From NCBI GenBank assembly GCA_946965045.2, contig OX337231.1:620001-684000 (forward strand): a DNA stretch of 64,000 nt. The letters run 5' to 3'. The number at the start of each line of letters is the position of its first letter. Position 1 is the stretch's first letter. The notes beneath the pieces are model-generated. The model was not told where the DNA came from, ran no database searches, and was given only the letters and a program-made list of their open reading frames with translations. Made by a program: the position numbers and the translations under genes. This DNA is from Epithemia pelagica (Eukaryota > Protista > Bacillariophyta). Of the stretch, positions 35,211 through 46,733 are shown piece by piece.

Positions 35211-35610
35211 ATCGCACGCCATGACTGCGACGATAGGGAAATGAATTGAAATTCAAGAGAAGAAGGATATTAATAGTGAAGATGTGTTAGTGTTGTTGAC
35301 ATCATTGTCTTTACTCCTAGAAATATTCCTGATGGTAGTTACCATAGCTATCATTAGGAGCCCACTATATATCGCACGTCTCGCTGGCACGCTAAGGAAC
35401 CTAACGAGTGGTGCGAGCAGATGAGATCACTCAAGACAAAACAGCAAAAAGGTTGAATATCTTCCCCACCAATTCTACTACCCAGTCCAAATCATAAAAG
35501 ACGAATTGATTTCGATCCCATTCTCATCGAATCAACACAAGTGGGCAGCAGCGAAGGGGAATCCCAATTCTACTATACTGACAAATTGACGAAACATTAC
35601 AGAGAGAATC

Positions 35611-37266
35611 ATGGAATGGGATCGAGTGTTGGAGTATATACGTGCGTGCCCTGCGCACATTGCACCGCCGAATCATCCTGCCTTGGAAGCGGCCATTCAA
35701 GGAATCGAACAAGAACGGAACCGTCAAGCCAGGGACGCCAAATTGAAGCAAAAATTTGCAGCATCGTCCAACAGTAACGACTCCGCGTTGAGCAATCCCA
35801 ACAAACGCAGTAACACTGCCTCAACGCCCAGTACGACCACCGGGTCGACTCCGACCCAATCACGCACGACTACTACCAATCCTCCCGTATTGGGATCACA
35901 CAAAATTCCCAAAACGGAGGAGCCTCAACCACCACGGTCCAGTGATACTTCCAACGACCTGGACGAAGAAGCGATGGTGGATGACTGGCACACAGTGACG
36001 GTGGTTGGAAACTCCACAGACGACAATAGTCACGATACCGGTGCCAACTCGTCCCAGACCATTGACGCCTCCAAAATGGGCGAGCCCCTCTCGAGTAATG
36101 CCACTGGTAATCATGGCGAAAATAGTTATTTGGGTCAAGTACTGGCGCAAGAAGCCATTCGTTTGGTTGCACATCACAAGGTGGAAGTCAAATCTCCCGT
36201 GGCCGCCTTGACTGCGGTGTTTCATGCAGCGCTGGTGTCGCCCTATTTGGAGTTTGTGTGCACCGGCGTTCCTCCCACCAAGGCCACGAGTGGCTTTGCG
36301 CCGCCCATTCGACCCTTGAAGGATATGTTTCTACCAAAGCAATGGGATGACAAGCCGGATTCCCAATCCCTTCGGTATCGCAAAGAAGGTTTGGGAAGCA
36401 TTGTCTTGACTGTCGCGGCATCGGATGAAGATGATGCAACCAAAGTTACCCCCAAGTCCTCGGAAAAGACAACACGTGTGCTAGTGACTTGGACGCCAAC
36501 AAATTCGACCATGTCTTCATCTGCCACGGAACCCTTGGCCACGTTTTTGTTTGAACTGGAAGACTATGTGAATTTACCGTCCTGGAATCGAGCCAGTCAA
36601 GATTCCACCATTGCCATTAATCCTTGCTTACATTTCAAATCTTTGGCAGTGCTCATGTCTCGTTGGGCGCAAACCTTGGATCTGGGACAAGATGCTTCGG
36701 AAGGAGGGAAACAAACAAACATGATGACAACAGCAGCGGACGTCCCTGCCTCCATGAATCCACCCCAATTTGATACCACTCCGCAGCCCGTCTTGCCACA
36801 GCCTACTCCTCCCATGCGTCCTGCTTCCTCACAGTTGCAGGATCCAAGTCGTCGGGAGTTTGATCGAGGTTATGAGATTCCAACTAGGCTGGATCAAGCC
36901 TTTCCAGGTCTTCAACCTGGAATGGGAGGAGGCCGAGGACAATTTTCGGACGATTTGCTTCCCGGAGGTGGAACATTGCCCTCGTTCGGTACAGTGCCTA
37001 ATTCTGGTGGTGGCGGAGGCAATTGGATAGGTCCCAATCATCCCGTCTTTGGGGGTGCCTCCTCGACCATACCTCCTGGTGGATTTTTGCAACCTCGATT
37101 TGATGTCTATGGACCACCCCCGACACAACCCGCCAATCCGCACGATCCACGCACTGGTCCCCGAAGAGGAGGAGGCCCTATCCCGCGCCCCAATGGAGGT
37201 GGTAGACCGAACGATGACCATTTGCGTCCTCCCAATGACCTGAACAACAACAACATGTTCCTATAA
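35611..37266 (+). CDS. PSMF1: Proteasome regulator PI31-like protein
   Basis: FP-domain-like KSPVAALTAVFHAALV...FVCTG...LPKQW...SLRYR. Pro/Gly-rich tail with DDLLP, IGPNHPVF, PRFDVYGP and PNDDHLRPP, ending in MFL. Confidence 0.8.
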   Translation: MEWDRVLEYIRACPAHIAPPNHPALEAAIQGIEQERNRQARDAKLKQKFAASSNSNDSALSNPNKRSNTASTPSTTTGSTPTQSRTTTTNPPVLGSHKIPKTEEPQPPRSSDTSNDLDEEAMVDDWHTVTVVGNSTDDNSHDTGANSSQTIDASKMGEPLSSNATGNHGENSYLGQVLAQEAIRLVAHHKVEVKSPVAALTAVFHAALVSPYLEFVCTGVPPTKATSGFAPPIRPLKDMFLPKQWDDKPDSQSLRYRKEGLGSIVLTVAASDEDDATKVTPKSSEKTTRVLVTWTPTNSTMSSSATEPLATFLFELEDYVNLPSWNRASQDSTIAINPCLHFKSLAVLMSRWAQTLDLGQDASEGGKQTNMMTTAADVPASMNPPQFDTTPQPVLPQPTPPMRPASSQLQDPSRREFDRGYEIPTRLDQAFPGLQPGMGGGRGQFSDDLLPGGGTLPSFGTVPNSGGGGGNWIGPNHPVFGGASSTIPPGGFLQPRFDVYGPPPTQPANPHDPRTGPRRGGGPIPRPNGGGRPNDDHLRPPNDLNNNNMFL

Positions 37267-37841
37267 TAGGTGCAAAGGTACATCTATCGGAACGGTAGTG
37301 TTGTATTCTGCAGCTACCATGCATCATTCACCAAAGCCGGCCAAGTTATTCCTTCACCAAGAAGTACTCCGTTCTGACCACGATCTCTATTGCAGTTAAT
37401 TAGCCTCATATAGACCTTGGAGTGACTAGGAGAAGAATGAACGAATCCTACCGGCCAGATTATGCTCCGGCTATGCTATCGACGAGTACTAGCAATACCA
37501 CCGTACGTGTATTTCGCATCGTTGCCATCAATGGAAAGGAAGTCCTTGTTGATTTGGACGACGAGTGGCTTTGAAAGCTGATGGCCACCAACATAGAAAC
37601 AACCAACAAAAGGCAAATACATACGAGTTATTTGAAAAGTTTATGATCCTACGAATGAAAAAAAGAGCACATCATGACGCCTTGACCACCAAAAACGTAC
37701 AACAAGCTTGCCCTCCCTTCATGAGAAAAGGGAAATAGCAATGTAACCAAAACCATACCAGTAGATGAGAGCAGAGACACGTGTTGTCCCTCACCTTGCC
37801 AGCACCAGAACAAAATATCAGTTTACGTCCCTCCATGTGCA

Positions 37842-38848
37842 TCAAGAAGAACTCTGACCAAAAAGATCCAAAAATAAGTCGGTGCATTCAGGACCCATTC
37901 GATCCACCAACTTGTCGTGGTCAATCATATGGCTTGTGGGAAAAGGGGATCCGGTCGTAGCTACACTGGTTGCGATAGAACTGAATTCTGTCTTCGTCCC
38001 GACCCATGTATTAGCTCCTTGTTTCGCCTTACACTGCCAGGAATAAACAGTCGGACTCTCCTTTGTTTCTTCATTAATAGATGCTGGTTTTTGGTCGCTG
38101 TAGTAGCTGTCCCTCATAGTACGAGTTGGTCCATGGAAGTTGTAGTAACCGGTTGCACTTGACTCTTCCTTCAGTCTTGTGACGAAGTATTCCTGGCTTT
38201 TTATCACCGGGGATAGATTGCCTCCTCCACTTTGGTGAGAACAGCTTGCGGTGGCCGAGATGAATACGGGTGCTGTTCCATAACGGGACTCCTCTGCTTC
38301 GTGTGCGATACCGTTGGACTGTGTACTCGTATCAGGCGGGACACCTGACCAGTGCCCAACAACTTCTTGATTGACGTCAACTAGTGAAGCGGGCGTTGGA
38401 GCTTGATCAAGCAACCTAGAAGACACTTTTTCTTTTCCCAAGATGCTCGCATCAAAAGAGTGTGGATCCAATGCTGGCAAATCAGTGGAATTAATACTCA
38501 TAGTTGTTGACTGTTCATTCACTACCCTCGAAGCGGATGACGCTTTCCAAGTATCTAGTACTGCTCCTGCACTATGAACTCGACCAGCAACAGGTGATTC
38601 ATTACAGTCGCTTGCATTATTCTCTTCTTTTGGTGCAAACGAGTCGCTCCGTTCGTGGTTCCTTACCCTTGCAGATATCTCGTTCGGCGCAGCTTGCGCT
38701 TTCTTCATAGCTTTTTTCGCTCTCCTCCACTGTGCCATTTCATTAGCACGTCTAAGCTTCTCGTGTTTAGCTAGCTTTTCGTATTTTGCCTCTTCCGCAC
38801 TACTGATGTTCTTCCACATTGCCGCCACATGCCGAGCTGGATCCTCTA
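37842..38848 (-). CDS. HMG-box protein, 5'-incomplete (only the C-terminal helices of the box are visible)
   Basis: RHVAAMWKNISSAEEAKYEKLAKHEKLRRANEMAQW follows a cag acceptor near 38848. No upstream exon with the first HMG helix was found. Confidence 0.55.
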
Positions 38849-40830
38849 CCTCTAGCCTCTAGCTCCTAACTCCAAAAATGAATAAACGATGAATTATTAT
38901 CTGCCTGCCATTCGGAAGCAGAAAACGGTTATGGTTTTTCTATATATTTTGGTGTCATGAGTTATGAGGATGAATTCGAAAGACAACGTAAAAGGTAAAA
39001 GGCCAAAAGAATAAAAACAAACCTTTGCACTTGCAACTTACACGTGCCTTGACGCTTGACCCTTGACACTTACACCTGAGCACTGAGCAATCCACGGTCC
39101 TCAATCCTCTGTGGCTCATGCCTCATGCTGCTTGATGATTGGCCCATCCAGTCAGCCGTAATCATGCCATTTTTTTGTTTGCGTCCTTCGTCAGTGGATG
39201 ATCGTTGGATGTTCTGAGGAAGCTGGAAACGGTACTGGTAAGCGGGATCCTAATGTTTTATACTGTTCTGTAGAGCTGACTGATGCAAGATATACGAGTT
39301 GCGAGTTGCGCTCGTATGTGAGATGTGAAGTTGAACGAGATGATAAATAATAATATTCATGACCGACGTGGGCGAGAAGTGGACCTGATTCCTGATTTCC
39401 TTGGAGCTTACTGAGAATAATGAGGAACATGAAAAACTAATAATCACCGCAACATCATAATATCACCTTACTCGTATCCTATAATATAGACTGGCATTGG
39501 TATGGATTTTGCCTTGCGCCTCACAACACAGAAAGCAACACCAAAGACCAAAGACCATTCCATCAGGATAGATGACAGGGGGGTGTAAGCTGTAACCCAT
39601 GGAGTTTGGAGACTACTCCTAATACGAGTATGCACATAATGCAGCATAAATTCCAACGTGTTCTGCGTAGGGCTAGCTCGATTCTCCGGATTCTCGTGTT
39701 CGATGAATATCCTCGTCGTCTCTCCTGTCATCTTTTAGAGTAGCGGAATTTATCTCTGGGGGACCCGACAACTTTGCTTTTTGTTTCCTCGGAACTGCTC
39801 TTGCTTTGGGACTATTGGTTGCAACTTACGCACTTGCTTGGAAGCAAGCCTCGGACTTGCCTTTCTTCTGGACCTTTCGTGGTTGGTCATTTGAGTGGCG
39901 GTGGGCGTGGCTCGGTACATCCATACACTACAAGACTTCACGGCTCTCGCACAAATTCCAGCCGACGCCAAGTAGTGCTGTCAGATGGGATGGGAAGCAC
40001 GGTCGTCACTGTTATTTCATGAAACTATGAACCGTGCTTGGTCCCGTCACTCCCCGGGATTAGAAACCGACACATAGGTCTGGTAGCAGGGCTAGCAAAT
40101 CTAAAACATAGGGGTAGCCCGGAAACCACGCCATACGTCGCACTCTTTGAAATGTAAAGTTAGAGAGCCATTCTGCTCGAGCATGATGCGGTGGTCAATG
40201 AATCGATGAGGGGATTGCTTTCATTGCCAATGGCACTCCCAAAGTTCGCGATCGTGTCCGATGCGTCGTTGGGGGTGGCGACTGGTGACCCGAAAACCGC
40301 GATTGACCAACAGATCCAACAACCCGCCGTATGTCTGCCCTTCCTCCGAAGAATTGAAGGAATGTTGTCGCGGCCACAAACACAAGCTTCATCATTTGAT
40401 CGGCGTATCAGTATCAACTATGATCCCTCCAGGCCATGATCCCCAAGAAAAACTGAAAGCTGGCTTGTTGAAACCAGAATGGCGGATTTTACATGCGTAG
40501 CTCGAATGGATTGACGAAAACGCTCGTGAGCCACATGTTTCTTCATGGCGGTGTGGAGCCATAGAAAGCTCGCGTAAGATTTCTTTGCAAACCAGTTTTC
40601 GTTCTCGGTTGCCATCTTTGACGAGCGAGTCAACCACAGACTTTGAACTGTCATCATGTATGAATGCGCCAGACGAACTCGTACACAAGGTATCCAGGGT
40701 TGCTGAAGAACCCCAGTTCAGGACTTGAAACGTTGGATTGGCATTGACTTTCGTTGAGATGTCACGAGCATGCTTTTGGACAAGAGGACAATGGAATTCT
40801 CTTCCTAATACAATATGGCATACGAACCTC

Positions 40831-41660
40831 CTTGGATCTGACCTTTCAGTCCAATGTTTCATGAGGTCAGACGATCGTCGCAGTACGAAGGTTATGAAAA
40901 GGTATCATCTGTCGTCGTCCACCAGCAGAGAGGAGGAGGGTTATAGTACAGCAGCCAACAAGAGCAGCAGCAGCACCCAAACGAAAAGGCGAAAACGTGG
41001 AAACAAGGTTGATTCGAGGCAAAACAAGCAGGGTCTCCTGTACATTGGCCATTTCGGAATGAGTTTCAAGAGGCCGAAGTGGCCAAGTTCTTGTCTCAGT
41101 TTGGAAAGTTGCTCCGATTGCATTTGTCTCGATCCAATCGAACGAAAGCGCGTGACACCTTGACAGCCGTGACGCAGAAACTTGTCCAACGGGAACGACG
41201 GAAACGCAAGGCCCTGCATGATATGGGCATTGACTATGACTTTCCTGGATACCAGGCTACCTTGAAAGAATCCATGGGATATGCCCCTGAAAAGCTTGCA
41301 TTGACGACGATGACAAGGAGCATTCGAGGAAGAAGGCAGGAAGAAGGTGCACCAAAGTCAGTATTGCTGATTGAAGGATGTACTGAAAAACGGCAGTGGA
41401 TCCTAGAGAAATCTCATTGCACAAGGTGGAAAAGCCAACTCCGATTTGGAAGCATTGAAAACATGAAAAGTTGAAGAACCTCAGAAGCCTTGCCGACAGG
41501 CACCACCCAATAAAGCAGGGAAACGTGAGATCGCTGCAAAGTCAGATTCGATCCAGTGTTCCGAGTGCCACGACCAGGAACTTCTTTCTGCAGCAGAAGA
41601 CATCCAAAGCATTGTTTCACAAGGGTAGAACCGCCGATTTGGTTTTTGCCAGGACGCTAT
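40831..41660 (+). pseudogene. NIFK/Nop15 pseudogene (DNA-level duplicate of 43621-45147)
   Basis: Collinear with 44057-45150. Has a frameshift near 41058, an in-frame deletion of about 192 nt removing RNP1 (SRS|NRTKARDT), and retains intron sequence cttggatctgacct. Confidence 0.85.
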
Positions 41661-42051
41661 TTTCATTTTCCAAGGCACGATTCTCCTAGCTGTTCATGGG
41701 GCCGTTGTCTGTCACCAGATGATCCTCCTTACTCCAAACTACCTCCACATTGGTCGGGACACAATGCAACAATTCCAAACAAATATGAACATCGTTATGG
41801 GCATCCAGACTCATCCAATCTCTTTATCGTCTGACCTCCATGAACAATAGTCACCAGAACCCAAAGGCTGGTCTGGGATTTGACACGGAGGATTCATTCA
41901 CTGTCGACTGCATTCAATTTTACATTTCTAGTGGTCATTCGAGATAGCGCGCCCCAGCAAAACCTCTCTCTATGGACGGCGGTACCTTTCCTCCCTTCCT
42001 TACCTCGGGAGGTAACGCTGAAGAATCGAAAAATATACAATTGTTCAACTT

Positions 42052-42555
42052 ATGCTTGAGGCAGCCACAGACGAAAAGTCATCGAATGCATTGTCGACTG
42101 ACGCATACTCTCAAAATAAAGCCGAGACGGTCGGGACGAGTGTTGCAACGACACGGAAAACGGTAGAATCCTTGGAGAAAACAAGACAATCCCAAGATCT
42201 CTTGGCTGTGTGCGCCTTGCTTCAAAGACAACATGACTTTCTCAAGCAAAACGCTGCAAATATGGAGAGATGGTGCCACGACAACCTTACAGAGGAAGAG
42301 TTCGCGGGACGAGACGGCTCGTCACGGCCGCACCACCAGACGGTCCCGTACCAAATCGTTGTCGGCTGCTGCTTGGAAGTCGCTTGGCATCCCATACAGG
42401 TTACCCTAACAATGGCCAACTCAACCATTGCTTTCGGCCGAGCGATTGCGGTTTGTCTATATATATATCATGAGGTAGTAAGTATACTGCGGGAGTCATC
42501 CTTGGTCTTTCTCTCTCCCGCACGCACCTCGCGCCATGTGGCTGATACGATTTGA
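42052..42555 (+). CDS. Hypothetical protein (uncertain)
   Basis: 167-aa ATG ORF with a helical-looking segment. No motif recognised. Confidence 0.3.
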   Translation: MLEAATDEKSSNALSTDAYSQNKAETVGTSVATTRKTVESLEKTRQSQDLLAVCALLQRQHDFLKQNAANMERWCHDNLTEEEFAGRDGSSRPHHQTVPYQIVVGCCLEVAWHPIQVTLTMANSTIAFGRAIAVCLYIYHEVVSILRESSLVFLSPARTSRHVADTI

Positions 42556-42746
42556 GTTCTGAACGGCCTTTGGACATGGTATTGCGCTATTCCCAACGAC
42601 ACTTGCCTCGAAGGTTGTAAGAGTGGATGATGTATTCAAAACGAGAGATCGTTCGCTACGTAGGCATGCTCCATAATGCGGTTGACACTGCACAAAGAGA
42701 TTTGTTATTATGGTCCCCATTATAGTCTTGACCCACTTTTTGGTAC

Positions 42747-43340
42747 TTAAGGATGATCAAACCAACAATCCGAACGCGTACAGCGGTTCCCGTACCGACA
42801 CGGTCCCCGACCACCCCGTGATTGTCGTTGGTGCTGTTGATGTGGTGATCCTCGACCTCCTCGTCCCGCGCGACGTTGATATCCTCGTCCGGAATGGGCC
42901 CGTGGGTTGGCAAAGTAACGAGGAGCTTCATCCATTGTCACGTTCCGACGAAAGAGCTGCGTTTTCCCCTGGGACGGATGATCCAAGTACGAGCCCATTG
43001 TTCCCGTCGTGAGCCAGAAATTCAAACGCATTCGTCCCTTTTTGTAGCTCGCCATGGGAGCCTGAGACGTTTCCGTCGACACTCGCGTCCAGCCGTGAGC
43101 CAAAGCCATGCGATCGAGCTCATCGTCGTTGAGAATCCATCCGTTATGACTAGCATCATCGTCATCACTTTGATCGTTGTGGTAGTCGTTCGGATGGTCA
43201 TTTGTTACCATTGCAAGTCCCGTAAGTGCGACTTGAGGAGTAGGACGGTCGTCGTAGCGATGCATGCTCCAGAAATGATCCATATGGTTGGGATCACTGG
43301 GATCCAAACCATTTTCAATATAGAATTCTGCAAGACTCAT
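42747..43340 (-). CDS. Small RGG + CCCH zinc-finger protein
   Basis: Probable start MSLAEFY (ATG 43340). Core RLNFWLTTGTMGSYLDHPSQGKTQLFRR...NPRAHSGRGY, RGG repeats, and a terminal C-x5-C-x4-C-x3-H (CRYGNRCTRSDCWFDH). Confidence 0.8.
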   Translation of the reverse strand: MSLAEFYIENGLDPSDPNHMDHFWSMHRYDDRPTPQVALTGLAMVTNDHPNDYHNDQSDDDDASHNGWILNDDELDRMALAHGWTRVSTETSQAPMASYKKGRMRLNFWLTTGTMGSYLDHPSQGKTQLFRRNVTMDEAPRYFANPRAHSGRGYQRRAGRGGRGSPHQQHQRQSRGGRGPCRYGNRCTRSDCWFDHP

Positions 43341-43620
43341 GATGCTGATGAGGAAGATGAGGTAAGGCGCCTTTGTGAGCAAAAAAGCACAAGACCAGAT
43401 GAATGAGCTTCAAGCTCCTACCACCATAAGAGCGACCATCCGATCGCGGTAAAATGCGATGAGCGCGACCGGATACCGTCTGTCCTTCCTCCGAAACACC
43501 AAGTGTTGGAAGGAATTCTCTCGTGGCCACATATGTGTGACTTCCAGTCAATGATCGGCTGTCGATCCAAAACAAAGAGAGAGAAAGAAGCTGGCAAGAA
43601 GGACTAAGCAAAACCAAACC

Positions 43621-45147
43621 ATGGCAGACTCTTTGTTGTTAGCGGAAGAGGCAGCGTTACAGGCGCAACTCGAATGCATTGACGATAATGGTGGTGAGTC
43701 ACACGTTTCTTCTTTTGTATGTGGAGTGGTGTGTTCATCCCAGGTTGTGCGTGTAGGAAGGAAAAGAATCATTTCTCCTTGGCCGCATAACAACAGTGAG
43801 CGATGGAACGCGTGTTGTGAATCCAATGTATTGAAGCCGTGCCACAAAGAACTTGATAGAAAGCCAGTGTTTTCATTCTTTCCGAAAGACCGTCACGGTT
43901 TCCTGCAAATCTTTGCTACGACATGAGGGTTTGGAGTTTGGAGCGACCTTTTTGTTCGCTGACATGCGATTCGCATGGCTTTGGACGAAGGAAAACTAAA
44001 GAATTGTTCTGTGCACCACACTTACTTCGCAATACTCTTTGTTACTCGTCTTCCTACTTGGATCTGACCTGTTTTCTTCACTGTTACATTTTCTTTTTGA
44101 TGAAATTCAATAGAGTCGGACGATGAACGCAATACACAGACCCTGAAAAAGGATCACCTGTTGTCGTCATCCAAAGAGGAGGAGGAGGACGGTGCAATCA
44201 ACAAGCGCAAAACCAAAAGGAGGAAACGCGGAAGCAAGTTTGATTCGAAACACAACAAGGACGGTGTCTTGTACATTGGCCATTTGGGAAATGATTTTCA
44301 AGAGGCCGAACTAGCCAAATTCTTGTCTCAGTTTGGCAAGTTGCTCCGATTGCGTTTGTCTCGATCCAAACGCACCGGCAATCCCAGAGGCTATGCCTTT
44401 TGTCAATTTGCATCTTCGGAGGTGGCCGACATTGTTGCCGATACGCTGCAGGGTTATATTTTGTTTGGAACGCGTCGATTGGTGTGTCACAAAGTACCAC
44501 CGACCAAGGTACATGATCGATTGTTTTTCAAGTTTGTCTTTACTCCCCCACCACCACCCAAACAAACCAAAGCACGTGACACCTTGACAGCCGTGACTCA
44601 GAAACTCGTCCAACGGGAACGACGGAAACGCAAAGCCCTGCAAGATATGGGCATTGACTATGACTTTCCTGGTTACGAGGCGGCCTTGAAAGAATCCAAG
44701 GGATACACCCCCGAAAAACCTGCTGTTGACGACGACAATAACAAGGAGCATTCGAGGAAGAAGGCTCGCAAAGTCAGCAATGCCGATGATTCGACAAATG
44801 ATGATATTGAAACTAAAGTGGAAGAAGGAGGAGGCTTAAGCCGAAAGGACTCGGCGCATGACTCGAAACAGAAAAAGAAAGATATCGTGAAAAAGAGCAG
44901 TGGGACCAAAGCAAAGAAGTCTCTAACTGAAATTGGCAATGTGGACGAGGAAACATCCACCAAGAAGCATCAAAAAGATGAGAAGGGTGAGAGTACACAC
45001 ACCACCAAAGATGCAGACAATCCAGAGACCCCCGCAAAGTCAGATTCGAAGGAGGGTAAAAAGATAGAGGAGCCTGCTTCCACCACCAAGAAAGTCAAAA
45101 AGAAAAAGAAGAAAGACAAACGTTCCAAGACTCGGCAAAGTATATAG
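43621..45147 (+). CDS. NOP15: Nucleolar RRM protein NIFK/Nop15 (60S biogenesis); exons 43621-43693 and 44114-45147
   Basis: GVLYIGHL (RNP2), RLRLSRSKRTGNPRGYAFCQF (RNP1), ADTLQGYILF, GIDYDFPG and a Lys-rich tail. A GTGAGT donor at 43694 and an AG acceptor at 44113 join in frame (DDNG-E-SDDE). Confidence 0.88.
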
Positions 45148-45414
45148 GATTCCGCAGTGGACCGGTCGGAATATAATGTGACCATTTCGCACAGCGTGAT
45201 GCATGAAGAAGGACGACAGTTGAATAGCTTAAGTTACGGAAGAAATAAGACACATGAATATCAGTTCTTATACTTTTGTATACACAATATAAAGTACAGT
45301 ATACATTCACAATCCGGTTTGTCTCTTCCAAGGAGCAAATAAGAGTTATGAACTATGGCATTCGTCGTTGGATGTTCGTTGAGAAATCCTCGAGGCATTA
45401 CGAACATGTCAAAG

Positions 45415-46733
45415 CTACAACTCGGCGACTCCCATGGGAAAGAGATCTTGGTGGTAGTAACTATCGTCCGCGGTTTCTTGTTGCTGTTGTTGTTGTTTGG
45501 ACATGCGAGGGAATCTATTGGTGAGCATGGCGGACATGGCCGCACGAACTTTGGGTGGATTCAAAAAGGAGTTGAGCGAGGACTTTTTCATGGAACCTCC
45601 ATCTTCCTTGGCAGCAGATGTGGGACTCATGCTGGTCGTCAAGAGTTCTTCATTGGCAATTTCGAGTAACTGGGCTTTGTTGGGACGAGGTGCATCGGGA
45701 AAGAGCGAACCCAATTCTTCTCCAAAGGATTGATGATGATGATGATGATGATGATGTTGTTGTTGTTGAGGACTAGAGGGTACATCGTCACCCGAAATGG
45801 AGGACATGTCTGTGGCCGAAAAGTCGTACAAGTCATCGGCAAACAACCACTGTCCGATAAAGGCAATGCTCACATGTGATGCAAAACTCACACGATGTTT
45901 CGAGTTGAGCTTTTGTGCCATGAGTTTTCGAATGGAAGGATCCACAGCCAGCATGGTAACCACATCGTCCACAGACAACAAAAACTCATTGTTCACGGTT
46001 TTCTGATGAACCATGGCCATGGATTGTGTCATTTCCAGTACCATGTGTTTGAGTTGACGTTTGTGCAGTGCTTCATCACCCAAGAACAAGACGGTCATAT
46101 TAAGACCTGTGTTTCGACCAAGCATTACGAGCAAGTGCTTTCATGGTAAGGCCAGGACAAGGACATGACTTTGGATGTATACTGAGTTTCGGAAGAAGCA
46201 AACTTACTTTCAAGTATGGTCATGAGATCGCAAGGTGAGAGACGGCGTGTTTCCTTTCTGTCGTGGAAATCCATGACAAATTGAAAAAACATGCGGGATG
46301 TGTGCGTAGGATGACACGCCAGAGGACAGAGACTGACGAGAAATGCCATGGTTGGAATTTCGTCCGTGTCATGTTCGTCCCACATGGTATGTAGATCACA
46401 GATAATTTCCCGGTCTGGTGTTGGTTGGATACCCGCTGTTTCGAGGCATTGTTTCAGTCGAGCTCGAGACAAGACATGGACCGAGTCTTCCTTGTTATCT
46501 GATGTTCGACTGCTCTTGTCACTTTCAATGGAAGTCATGGAAGATTCTTCTTCGTTTTCCTTATTTTCGAATGGATTTTGCTTCCGTCGCCAGCGTCGTT
46601 TTCTCTTAGCCTTTTGTTCATGAAAGCAAGCATCACGAAGATCCATTAGCTGCTCTCGATTGAGCGATGTGTATTGAGCCATGGCCCACGTAGTAAGTGA
46701 GCTTTCTCTGGATGCACTGCCGGTGTTTCCCAT
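45415..46733 (-). CDS. N-myristoylated calcineurin-B/NCS-like EF-hand protein, paralog A; intron 46107-46207, about 405 aa
   Basis: MGNTGS start. EF-like FVMDFHDRKETRRLSPCDLMTILE. Splicing gives ILESLNMTVLFLGDEAL. Poly-H/Q tail. Confidence 0.75.

Noticed and set aside
43974-44113. Alternative NOP15 first exon MALDE with a non-GT donor
   Set aside because: A canonical GTGAGT donor at 43694 gives an in-frame model without invoking an unusual splice site.
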